A stretch of DNA of 63,601 nt, the filler included, from Choristocarpus tenellus KU-1152 (lineage: Eukaryota > Protista > Phaeophyceae), in the NCBI GenBank assembly GCA_964200185.2. It is 11 parts of 11 records of this genome, joined end to end, with 100 filler letters (N's around TTAATTAATTAA, not from the genome) between each part and the next. Parts side by side here need not be neighbours in the genome. Positions count along the whole stretch, not along the records: positions 3,155 to 10,505 come from CAXNAD020006290.1; positions 10,606 to 14,861 come from CAXNAD020015453.1; positions 14,962 to 29,521 come from CAXNAD020001161.1; 8 more parts are not named here. One strand, given 5' to 3'. The position numbers and the translations under genes are program-made. Within the stretch, counting starts at the first letter, position 1; each line of letters begins with the position of its first letter. Shown one piece after another: positions 9,852 to 22,500 of the stretch. The notes beneath the pieces were generated by a model. It was not told where the DNA came from, made no database searches, and saw only the letters and a list, made by a program, of their open reading frames with translations.

Positions 9852-11899
9852 CTGAGTGCACAAGCAAAGAGGGGACATTATCTCAAGCAATAAAGGATTT
9901 ATTCCAAAGTATGAGTATCAGAAAGGTATGTCCCAAATATTTAAAGGAGTGACTGGAAACCCCCCTGGCACTGACCTGGCTACCACTGCCGCCTCAGGCA
10001 CAATAGAGTCCATTCCAGTTATTGAAAGAAAGTGAACTTCCTCTGGTTCTACTCCTTGTACTACTTCAGAATTACAGCAGAATGAAAGACCTAACACGAC
10101 ACAAACCAAGGTTGAAAGCTCGATGAATTGGAGCATGAGATGTGATAGTATAAGTCATGGTGGTAATATTTGTACCACTGTCATCTTTGCATATACAATA
10201 AACAAAGATAAAAAGGTCCATCAGCACAGTCAAGGTGAAGAGCCCAATACTCACAAAATACATACGCAATGTCAGGGACATAAGAATGCAAAACAAGGAA
10301 ATATCATATTTCTTCACTCTTATCCTTCTTAAAATACCCGTTCCACAGATACTGCTGCCCCCTAGGTACATTAGAAAAGACCTGCGGGATTTCAGGGTTA
10401 ATGGTCAATCTAGGGTTAGGTTTGGGGTTAGGTTTATAGTCAGGATCGGGGATAGTTTTCCCTTCTCAAGTGTACATGGGTTTGGGCAAACGTATCTGGG
10501 GGGGGNNNNNNNNNNNNNNNNNNNNNNNNNNNNNNNNNNNNNNNNNNNNTTAATTAATTAANNNNNNNNNNNNNNNNNNNNNNNNNNNNNNNNNNNNNNN
10601 NNNNNCTTTCCGCGCACCATTTTCGGTCAAACCCATCCTCAATAGTATGCTCCATCCTCAATTTTGGTGATCGGCTGTTTAATCCCTGAAAGGAAATGAT
10701 CTTGCCGTTGTGTCTGAGCCGAATCTCCTAACTGGTAACATTGTTTTGGTCACGATCTCTTTTCTGCATTCTTGTGCAACTCCTTCCTGTGTTCTTGACG
10801 GTCAAGTGAAGTGAAGTATGGTGCGCTGGCTGAATAAAATAGTCCAGGTATATCGAAGGCATGCCCAACTGATGCCCCACTACTTACGTCTTGAAAAGTA
10901 ACTAATAAGAACAAATTTCACGTGAGTTTCCCCGACCCACCCACACACTATATCCTCCACCGCCCCCCTCTCCCGGTTTCTATCTACCTGTGGAGAATTA
11001 TGTAGTCACAAGTGCTGTCATAGTGTCAAAAGAAGTATTATGTAGCTGAAGTACTGCGTAGTAGTACTAAGAGTGAGTGCATTGCCCTGGTGCGTGGATC
11101 TTACTACTACCATGTTCATCACGGGTTATTCATTGTTCACTGTGACTTTAAATGAAATCAACCACAGAAGAATACATTTGTAATCATCTAGCATAGATAG
11201 TTACAAAATCAGTAATTTGTTTCCATGTCCCACTTAATTCCACTAGGAGGATTGAAACCATACACCTAACTCAACTACATCGTACACTTGCATAACCCAA
11301 ACTCAACAACCCCCTGCACACTCCACGCACATGACGCCCTTCAATCATGGTGGTCTACTTGCACAAACTGTGCACACCCCTCAACCACAAATTCAAACAC
11401 CCCACTACACTCCGACCCTAATTTTTTTTACTACTCATTCTTCTACTACACGTATTATGAGCAAAATCATAATTCGTGTACGCATGGCTGTTACGGTATA
11501 CCTGCATGGTAATATCCGGATTAAAAGAGATGTGGTGAGGTTAGGATAACGATATTACTGAAAAGAGGTTGACATATGGTATATATATATAAATACTTTG
11601 GCACCCTCCATGATAAGTTCATATTTCTCTTTATAGAGATGTTTGTGCCAACTGAGATTTTGTGTTAAGCTGTGTCAGGGAGGGAGAAGACAAAGACCAA
11701 CATAATTTATTAGAACTTCTGATACAACGATATTGTTATTGTCATAGTCGGGTCCAAGATACTTCCTTCTTTTAGAATCTGCACTAGCTAGTTTGAAGTA
11801 TACAACAATGCAATGTCCCCTATGTATGATATTACTCCCCACGAACCAGTGTCCTTCATCCGATCCTCTTCAGCATCTTCTCCACAGCAGTGTTAAGTG

Positions 11900-12420
11900 C
11901 AGCACCTTAGGAGTTCACTTCTGACCCACTCATCTACAAGGACCTTGTTGTCATCAAGAGAATGGCCACTAACAACCAGGTCAGAGGAGGAGCACTTTGC
12001 TCATGTGGGGAATGCCCTGCACTTGTTATGATGCTGGCTTTTCTCCAAGACCCGAGGTTTGGCCAGGATGACAGTGCTTCTGTAGGTGGCCAGGTCATTC
12101 AGCCTAACTGTGTCTGCATTAAAGGCAGAGACTATGTGTCTTCGACCTCAAAATGCTCAGAGCTGAAGCACTCAAAGTTACGCAATATGGTTGTATGATG
12201 AGGACACTCTGCCTGGCTCATTATCTGAACCTCTGATCCCCATCACGACAAATTCTTCCTCCACTCCATAGGTTTCTGCAAACTGGAAGTCTGCCAAGGT
12301 GCTCTTAATTAAGACTTGTTTTGAGAGCATTGAAGCAATGGTGCGCAAGTGGAGACTCCTATTTGCTGGGTCAGTTGCACATGTGAGGAATAAGTGATAC
12401 TCTATACCTCAAACAAGACT
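11900..12420 (+). mobile_element. RTE-clade non-LTR retrotransposon relic (RT and C-terminus)
   Basis: Frameshifted motifs LMWGM..YDAG..RGLARM, LKMLRAEALKVTQYGCM..L..HY, HHDKFFLHSIGF, KTCFESIEAMVRKWRLLFAGSVA. Confidence 0.75.
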
Positions 12421-12774
12421 CTTGATTTTCCTACTGGAACCAGGCGACCTTACCGAAAAAGGTAGACCCATTAGTATTAGAAATAGGGAGGTTTGTAATT
12501 GTTAGTGGTTGACAAAATTCGTGATCTGACCGACATAGGTTCAACAAGACAATACATACATGGATAGTTTTATGGTAATTGCTGTGTTGCGTGGTATTCT
12601 ACACATGTATTGGATAATACCCACACTGACATTTTCCAGATGTGTAACGTATGCTTGGAAGTACTCCCTCTGTCCCATAGGTCTGGACTATTAAGTTGTA
12701 GCTCTTCGGGATGACCTCCGATTACAAAACGAACTTTTGCGTTAGATTCCTTAGAATATTATATATTGAAAAAC

Positions 12775-13260
12775 TATGTCTCACCTTTATTGGACACCGT
12801 CAACCCACCAATCCAGAACCGTCGTGGAAGCCGCTCGGTCTACTTCGACTGATCTAGTCAACCCGCCCTCCCCCTGCCTTTTTTCGGTCCCGGTGTGCTC
12901 TATCTCGATCTCGTTCCCCTCCAACGCCCTTAACATCTGATTGTATCTCTTAAACAGACTCTGCTACACCCTCTTGAGCCTATCTGCGTTGTACATGTGG
13001 AACGTGCTTGAAACCCCCTCTACAAATTCATCAACGGTGCCGTAGCGCTCCGCCCAAGCCCTGCTCTTCAGATATACAAAACTCTATAATCATTGATATT
13101 GAGATCCGGTTACTGCGCTGGCTGCATCACGAGCTTAATCTCCCACTCCTCCTCCATCTCTGCTGCGATCAGCTTTTCACGTATGCACATTGTGTGGTAG
13201 TCCATCTATGTAGGTATGACTGGCATTTGAATGCGTCAAGTTTTACGTGGCAGAAATATG
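12775..13260 (-). mobile_element. Tc1/mariner (plant-type DD39D) transposase C-terminal relic
   Basis: EWEIKLVMQPAQ.PDLNIND, LKSRAWAERYGTVDEFVEGV, RLKRV*QSLFKRYNQMLRALEGNEIEIEHTG, with stops and frameshifts. Confidence 0.85.
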
Positions 13261-13657
13261 TACACCGCGAACCATCGTTGGATGCCAATGTGGAAACTCT
13301 GTCGTCAGACCTAAGAGAGTCATAGAATTTCTAAAAACATAGGCCACTCGTCTGTTTTGTTCTTGATACGATACAGTATCACCAGTTCATACTGACTGTT
13401 GATTTGCACATTGGTACTGGTCGTTACTTCTACTTACATTATTACCACCTCCTCACACCATCATTGTTAGAACATAATGGTACATAGGAAGCATAGAACA
13501 GTCGCTACCTATCAAACATACACGGTTGTGTCGTATGGGTTACCACAAATTTTGATTCAAGTTTTAAAGTTTGATTTGATTTGCTCAAGAATTCTGGATT
13601 ATTTGTTTTATTTTTGCATTCCACCCATTCTCCTCCTCCTCATTATACCACCACTTG

Positions 13658-14035
13658 TGACCAACCAATGCGAACCAACCCCCTTCGCCACTGATTTACA
13701 GTTACCCCATCTGTTGACAAACCAGTGCAAACCCCTTTCTTCACTGATTTACAGTCACACCGCCCATGTGATGACTAACCAGCGTGAAACCCTTTTTGAC
13801 ACTGATTTCCAGTCACTGCCCACTGATGACCAACCAGCGTGAACCCCTTTCACCACTGATTTCCAGTCACTCCCCCCATCAGATGACCAACCAGTGCGAC
13901 CCCTTCGCCACTGATTTCCAGTCACCCCCCACATCCGATGACCAACCAGTGCGACCCGTTCGCCACTGATTTCCAGTCACCAACCCCATCTGATGACTAA
14001 CCAGTGCAAACCCCTTCGCCACTGATTACCAGTCA
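13658..14035 (+). repeat. Tandem array of 7 units, period 55-57 bp, each internally palindromic
   Basis: Units start at 13658, 13715, 13772, 13827, 13884, 13939, 13994. Consensus TGACYAACCAGTGCRAMCCCTTCGCCACTGATTTCCAGTCA plus a variable C-rich linker. Confidence 0.95.
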
Positions 14036-15208
14036 CCACCCCACCCTTCAAACCTACTCAACCCCACACCACTTACCACTCCATCACACCATTCAACACC
14101 ACTCCCCCCAAAAAAAACTTTCCACCACTTTCCACTTCCCCACACCATTCAAAACACCCCTCAACCCCCCCACACTTTTCACCACTTTCTACTCCCCCAC
14201 ACCACTCAACATCACTCCACAATCATCCTAGAACACCCCTTCATCGTCCACTTCAACACCGTGCCTTTGAACTAGAAGACATCTATCATGCCTGAACTTG
14301 ACCTCCCCCCCCCTACTACCCAACATCTCAGTCGGTCGTGAGTAATCGGCAGGGTGGATGGGTGGCAGAGATTACTCCGAGGTTGTCTTTTTCTAGCCTT
14401 GCTTATCCTGCATCCCGAGCCTAAGGTTTTCCTGACTTTCTGATCATTCCTTCCTACCTCGTGCTTCCTCCTACCACCCATTTCTTGCAGCTTCTCCCCT
14501 ACCTCTACTGCCTCCTAGCCACTCCGTACTTAACTCTTCATCAATCATTTTATATTTTCTTTTTTCCTAATCAACCCTCCCTTCCCTGTACACCAGTACT
14601 ACCAGAATTCCCCCACCCACAAAAGTCAGATTACTTCATGATCTTCCCCTTCCTTGTTTCTTTTTTCTTCTTTACATCAGAGTCTCCAGCTGTATATCAT
14701 ATGCTGGTTATTCTTTTTCGGGCTGGCATTGCCGTTACAGGCGAATAGCGTGAGTATATCTTTCCACGCTTTAACCGGCGCGAACAGTATACGCGCGTGG
14801 GGAACCCCAAAAGGGGGAACTCCGATTTGCCAAAAAGGTGCAGAATAAAATCTGTAACTCGNNNNNNNNNNNNNNNNNNNNNNNNNNNNNNNNNNNNNNN
14901 NNNNNTTAATTAATTAANNNNNNNNNNNNNNNNNNNNNNNNNNNNNNNNNNNNNNNNNNNNTGGCGGGAAGAGTGGGGGCGGGGGTTTTCTCCCCCCCTC
15001 CAGCCCCCCCCCCCCCCCCCCCCCCCCCTCAAACGAAATCGTCACCTCGCTATGTCCTACAGACCACAGCTGAGGTGATGACTGGTGACTCCGTTGGCCC
15101 TAATACGTGGATAACCTTGCGTTAATTGGTCCATGAATCTGGAATGACATAAAAAGAAAACAATGAATCACACAATAAGAGGATTCCCAATCACTCTCTG
15201 TCTCCCAG

Positions 15209-18200
15209 GCCCATGTTATCAGGAGACTGCTCCAAGACGACCAATCGCTACTGGAGGGAGTGACAAGGAATGGCGACACAGGTGACGTCCAAACCTCTCC
15301 TCGCTCCTGTTTCCCTTTAAGCCCTGTTCTTTATCGGTCCACTGCTCTACCCACCAACAATACCAGAATCTACCCATATCATGTCCCAAAAACACTCCTT
15401 GCCATCCTTCGTTTCTCCCTCTTAAAGCGCTGATGCTGGCATGCTTGTCCACCTCTGGGACAGGGGAGGGGGTAGCCCGGGTTGGGGCAGGGGCAGGCAA
15501 GGACAAGGGCAATGAAGCAGTAGCAGTTAGTGCAATCCTGGAATTTTTGCCGTGTGAAGATATCCTATCCCACCTTGGTCTGTGCAACAGACATGGTCAT
15601 ACTGCTCTTCATGCTGCAGCATATGCAAGGGCGCCAGGAGCAGTGAGGATATTGCTGGGGGCTACAGTTGGAGGTTCTACCACGGCAGCTATTGATAGGA
15701 CAGGATGCACTCCTTTGCAGGTTGCAATCACATTGGCTAAGGCAGAGAATGAGGCGAAAGCCAGGATTGAAACGGGTGGCAGGTATGCTAGTGGAGGCAA
15801 CTCTGAGAGCGAATCACAACCAGCCGGAGAATGTGTGAGGCTGCTGCAAGAAAGGTCGGGCATACACTCTACCACCTTAAATTGTAGCATTAACCCTGTT
15901 TACCATGCTTAGTTGAGTGTGTTTGCTTTGTTTACATTTTGACAATGACAAACTCTCCAATGCTTCTGACTGTGGACCAGGGTATTGTGGAGACCCCAAA
16001 TACGTAGTAGATTTTTGTCCTGGCCCAGGGCAGGGGTCTGCACTTTTGCCTGTGATAGGTGTGAAACCAAACTTGGGTTGCCTTAGAGATGTTGGGGGAT
16101 GTCAGGGTGATCTAGCCTTTTCCTTATGATGACACTCTCTGTCAGGTGGAAAGAGCTAGAGAGCGAAGCAATTGAGCAGGAGAGACAACTCCTGTCTGAA
16201 TGGAATCTACCTGAGAAGAAAGCCTCTGATGCTGACCCTAGTGCTGATGCCAGAGGAGGAAGCAGGAAAGGTAAATGTTTGGGTGGGTGATGGAAGATGT
16301 TTTCGAAGTTTGGGATAGTAAAAGACTTGCACATGAGAGTAGCAAGTTTATGTACTTGGTATGGAACCATTTTTGAATATGCCTCAGAGTTCATACAAGT
16401 TTCTACAGTATATCATGCCTCTTGCAGTAACATTGGTTTAGGGTAGAAAAGAGTGTCTTTAAACTTCTGCACTACTGGACCAAGGACCTTGAAGAGTGCA
16501 TTTTTTTGTAGAGGTAGTGGTATGCCTGACTCCTGGGAATCAATGTGCAGCTCTACCACCTCCTTGTTGATCTTGAAAATGCTGTTGTTTGAATGAATCC
16601 ATAGATGTTATGATGCACTACTCTCTTTTTCTAAATATTGGTTGGATAGAAATTCACAGGTTGATCTCCAAGTATCATAATGGGTGGTATTGTTCACCAG
16701 TGTTTTTATCGCTAAGCAAAGCAACTAGATTGTACAAGCCTTTCCTCTCACTTCTTGTGACCCTGAAACCTGTCACTGTGGCACATTTGTTATCTCAGTC
16801 AGGGGGGGACGAAGGAAGAGCAAAGCCAAGAAGAGGAAAGGAGGAATGTCACCCCCATGCACTGGTGAGGATGAGAGCAAGTCCTCAATGTTGCCCCTTG
16901 GGAAGAGCAAAGCTACTACACCAGAGCAAAGGGAAATTTCTCCACCTCCTGCTCCAATGCTGGAGCTGGGATCTCCAAGGGGTGAAGAGGATGGAGACTC
17001 TGACAGTGTTGTGACTAAGATCAACGTAGAGGGAGGGCGAGAAGATGGTGAGGTATCCTTCTTGAACTCAAATATATCTATTTCCGTCCCAGATGACCTT
17101 TCCCTTGCAACCCCAGCATTGGAGAAGAGCTGCGGATATGAGGGAGGGCTGGGAATAGTGCAAGAGGAGGTGGAGGGAAAGGGGGAAGGGAGGTTCCAAT
17201 TGGAGGGAAAGAGCAAAGTTGGCAGTGAGTCTGAGGGTCAGTGGTCTGTTGCTATGAGGGCAGCAGGAAAGAAGAAGACCAAGTCGACAAGAGAGGCATT
17301 GAAGGCGAGTAAAATCGAAAATATTGTTCAGGGTGTTTCAGGTAACCTTGGTGAATGCCTAGGACCAGAAATTGGATCACTCAAAGCAACAAGTATCTCA
17401 GCACCAGCAGTTTCTGAGCCTGTTGTGCAAGTCAATTCTGCAATTGAGGAATCTACGGTGGGTGAGGCCTTTGAAGCCTCTTCAACCTGGAGGGGTTGTT
17501 GTCACATAAACAAAACTAGACCTGGTGATAGTATCACGCATAAAATATCACCTCCAGAGCTTCCAATCAACATCATGTGTGCTGAAACAACAGGACAGTC
17601 AGATATCTTCAACACAAATAGAGGTGGTGCAAACGATGCAGGGCTCACTGTTGACATGTGCCCAGGCCCGGGGGTGTTAGAGGAGGCTTCCTCCATTGAA
17701 CCAGTTGTTGAGAAAACTGTGCCAGCAGCCTTGCCCCTGCCGACTCTGTCGGGGACTGAGCCACATGCTCAAGGGACGCCCACAACACTGAGGGATGTGG
17801 AAAGCCTGCAAGCTGCACTTGAGGTGCTGTCACAACAGGTATGTGAACCCACAGCAAAAGGAACGTGTTTGTGGGAATGATCAAGTGATATTTTGTGTTC
17901 CCGGCAAGGTGAATGGGTATCAAGTGAAACACTGTGCTTGTATTGTGTTGCCCTTGATCCTAGAGTTGCTTAGATAATATAGCATCCTTGTCCTTTGCGC
18001 TTTTAGAAGTGCTTGATTGACTTCAGTTGTGCACTTCACCTGTCTACAAATTGAATGCCCCATAGTAGTATATGTAAGCCCTTTCCCCTCCGCCCACCTG
18101 CACCATTTTCTTTTGCATTTACCTGTCAAAATTTGTTAAGGCTGCTGCAGTTGCCCTTAAGATTGAGCACCTTGTGTGGCCTCCAGAGATGCTGCAGAGG

Positions 18201-18955
18201 CTGAGCATGGGGCAACTTGACACGCTCAAGGCTACACTTCTTGACCAAGCAGTTCGTGTTGATGAGGCAAAGGTGATCTGTACTCATTTCCCCTCTCCCA
18301 GCCTAGGCTAGAATGACTTACATACGGCAGCCACTAATTACAAGGCACTCACTCTCTTTTGCACTACGTTCAATGAATATTCTGAGAAGCCTTTTTTGGT
18401 TGTATGTTTGTGCTTGAAATTAGGCAAGTGGTAGCAGAGCGCAACATTTTGTTCTCCATTCCTCTCCATTTGCTGCTGAACTTACCTTGTCCTTGTATTT
18501 AAATTATAGACTGCAATAACTGCTTAAGGTATATCTGTGATCTTAAAATCCACGGCTGTCTCCCATCAGTGTTCAGTTATTTGTCTCAAGCACCTGGCAC
18601 TAAAGCACATTCTCATACCCATCTTATACCTTGAAGCAAAGCACTATATTATGTGCTCCCAAGTATTATGTATTAGATTATAGTAGAGACTTGAGTCAAA
18701 TACCAGTGCACATTTCTTGTCGTATGTACACTAGTTACTGATAATGCATGCCTGCCTACTCTGAACTGAATTTCCTTTCTCACTATACTATTCTAGGCAC
18801 ATCTACATACATGAATGTGTGTGTAACTTTTTTCCCCTTGAATTCCTTGCCATCAGCTGGAACAGGCTCGAGAACAGGAGCGAAGCAAGAGTGAGGAAAA
18901 CAATATTCTCAAACAAGAGCTCATGACTGCTGCAGCAAATATTGGTCGTGCTTGA
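15209..18955 (+). CDS. Ankyrin-repeat protein, 5'-truncated; exons ~15209-15281, 15428-15854, 16146-16270, 16799-17838, 18141-18272, 18857-18955
   Basis: Spliced motifs NGDT/ALMLAC, HGHTALHAAA, TGCTPLQVA; GT-AG boundaries; long low-complexity exon; TGA stop at 18953-18955. Confidence 0.85.
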
Positions 18956-19585
18956 TGATGTCAATGTAAAAAATGATTTGCACTTCGAACCTTGAACTTG
19001 GAAAGTATGAGGAGGAAATACTGCTATAGATATTTCCATCAATGCTTCTAGATGAAAGAGGGGCCAGCTGATAAGCTAGAAACTAGGCTTATTTTGACTT
19101 TTAACCAGTTGTTGCATATGTGAGTGTCTGCACAAACAACGACAAATGCCCATTTGTACATATTAGTGGTAAGTTTCAAGATTCGGCACTGTAACCAGCA
19201 GAGAGTCTTTTTGTCTGATGGAGAGGGACCAATATTGTCAGCAAAGGCAGTGTGTGTGATGGTTGATCCACTGCCATACCTGTACAACAAGCCTGGCTGG
19301 ACACCTCAATCATGTGAGTTTTGTGTTACATTGGAAGTATTGCTCCAAACCATTCGAGGGTAAACTTGTTGCATGTCTTGAACGTATCACTTAGAGTACC
19401 CATAAGCACACAAAGGGTTGTGCTTCTGCTGTTAGATCTGTTGCACACAGAACTGCCCTTAAACCTTACTGTACATGTTGTCTACACAGTACTGTGACAC
19501 AAATTGAACATTGGTTGAATTGTAGGGGAAACTTGCGCGCTTGAACACGAGAAAGGTGATCCCCAACGTTCCGAGTTCAACAACT

Positions 19586-22500
19586 TCATGCCATTTGCAT
19601 CAGCCTTGCAATGTTCTGCCGCTGCAATCCAGACATTTCCTTGGCGAGCTCCAGCTCCTGCTTGAACATTGCTTCATCCTCAGGCAGATTCTCAAGATAT
19701 GCTGGAGCGTTCTCTATCAGCCACTCAAACTCTTCATTGCTTCTACGTATTGCAGTAATAGACTCCATCCTGCAACGAGAAATAAATAGTTGAAAAGCTT
19801 GCTTCAGGCGACTACCTGTTCAGTTGTCTTCAATTGTGTGACACGAGAAGCCCCAAAATGGTCAATCCCAGCAAAAGAGACAGCCAGCAAATAGAACCTT
19901 AACTGAGAAACTCCACAAGTTGGGGCTGCACTTGTGTATTCTCCGTAGCAGTTGCTTGGAGTTCTCACTGTGGTGCTGCTATCATACCAACATTGCAGAA
20001 TGACGGTACAAAAGGCAATAGTGTCCTGCCCCAAAGTGAAAGAAATGACTGTGATATTTTTCTACTGCATGTGTGAAGGTGATCAATCCAAATTTAGCAG
20101 AACCTGTGAAACCTGCAGCCCATGAAAATTTGGGGGGAGGTCAAACGATTCTTCTAACTCATATCAATGCTTATTGGAGTTCCAACAGGCCATACCAAGG
20201 ATTGGAGATTTTTTCCCCTCCAACCGTCCCATTGGTTGAGTACAGCTTTGTACAATTAATGTACAAGGTGCAACTGGTCTATCCTGTACATGCTTGCAAC
20301 TCCATATCCATAGTGCCTATAATGCTGAGCAAAATTCCTCGATGTGTGGAAAAGCACACCTGAGGTCCGTCTCAGCAAGATGATGAGAGAGGAACAGTAA
20401 ATTCTCACCTGTCCATGAACTGCAGTTTTCCCATCAACCTTGCCCGATGAAAACGTGCTCGAAGGTAGGGGCGCACCTCTGCATCTTCTACCTTGTGCTT
20501 TTCTTCCACTTGAGTTGCTGTTTGTTTGCCCCTCTTACCACCAGAAGCCTCATCAAGAAACATAGAAATATAGTGAGAGAAGAAGTCGATTGAGCTCTGA
20601 AGAAATTGAAGGGCGCGCACACAAAAGATAAGGAAAGGGTAAGGGTTAGGTGATATCGTCAGATGAAGTGCAAAGGTCGGATGGCAAGGTGGGATCTCAG
20701 ATAGAAGGGATAAGGTGGAAATTGAGATGATGGTTGGGGAGAGGTGAAGGTTCGACCAGTTCCTCCTTTGGGTATGGTGTGGGAATTGCTGATCCAAACG
20801 AAGAAGAATGAAACACCAGGCCATATATACATAGCACACATTTTTTGCACCTCCACACCTTCAAGATTCGTATTTATTCAATCCCAGACCTCAACAGACA
20901 CATGAGTAAAGCTGGTTGAAACATTCACAAGCTCTCTCTACCAAACACAATAAAAACTTTACCTTCAGGACTCTACTTCAAAGTACAATAGTTTTCATCA
21001 CGGATTTCTCCACTGTCTCTTGTTCCTCAAGGCTGTAAATAGATACAGATATATAGATGAAAAAAAGTCCTGCAGTGAGTCTCACTTCTGCTCAGGGAGA
21101 CAAAAGTGTTCTTGTCACCATCATGTCTTAGTAGTAACACAATTCACACTGTTTTGAACAAAACAAAGAACTACTTAGTAGTTCAACATGAGGTACTCCT
21201 ATCTTCTGTAAATTTAATTCAATGCAGTGTGCACTCGTTATTACAGAGTACAGACTGGAATGTAGCCGTTTTTTTTATACAGAAGTAAAGACCATAGACT
21301 TCCCCCCCAACATGTAACTGCACTTGGACAGCCCCCTCTCCTCCCGAAATGTCCATGAACTCGTGAAATATATTATGACAATCGCCTTCACTAATGATCC
21401 CTTGCCACCTGACCCCACAAACAGCCCGAGGATGCAGACTACAAACAAACCCAACAACACCATTATGCACTTTGTTGACTAATTTCTTACCCGAAGGAAC
21501 TCGTTCACCTTCCTCACATCTGCCATCTTGGTGCCCTTGCCTTTTTGGCCTGTGACAGCGGCCTCACTCACTTTTTCTTGCACCCTGCCATCCCAGACAC
21601 ATTGAAATGTCACGAGACTATGGATGTGAGTGAAGGGCAGACACATGGTCAGTCACAAGGACTCTGTGAAAGTGTTTGATATACTATATAGTGGAATAAT
21701 TAGGTGGTCACCTCGAGGCAATTATACTCTTGTTGAAATGTTACTTTTTAACTGCTCCTGAGATCTCCCTCGGGAGAGAGACAGCAACAACGGTTTATTT
21801 TGTTTTGGATATCAATAACACAACACTATAACCACACATACACGGTGATGGATGGAGCAGCTTGAGAGGCACAAAAGTGGGGAGGGGGGATACATCATGG
21901 AAGGACCACGCATGCTGTATTTTGGAACCAGTGCTCATGTGCTTTTCATTCACCATTCTGGGCATGTGAGAAGGATTGGAATTTCCCCCCCCCCCTTATT
22001 CCCATATACTCAATAAGTACAATTAGTACATGCTTCGACTACGGGAAGCTGCAGAGAGGTGGGGTCCTCATAGCAGTTACAGTTATCCACACAGGTTCAA
22101 TTCTTGCAACAGCTGCAACTCTCCTGGCATTAACTGTTGGGTAGTGAGTATACGGCAATCAATGACCCCATAGAACAATATCTACAGTGTTCATAGCGAG
22201 ATTCTGTATCGGGCTCAGCAATGTTCTGGTTCAAAAGGTATTGCATACAAAGGAATACCTGAGCCCTATCTTTACAAAATGACTCCCCATGAGCATTGCA
22301 TGAAAAAGAGGGAAACCTACTAACAAAAGGTGAAGGGTCGAACATGACCAAGTTGGAAAGGCAAGGCTACCTCAAGTCAGCAGGTTATATGCAGTCTAAT
22401 CTGGGAGGGAGTCTAGATAATCCATAATGACCTCAGCTCTGTAGATATTCAACCCTCATAGCCTGATAAAAGCAAAATCTTACCGTAATGTCTTGAGGTC

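Noticed and set aside
13658-14035. CRISPR array
   Set aside because: The linkers are only 10-16 nt and related to each other, the repeats are degenerate, there are no cas genes, and the context is eukaryotic.
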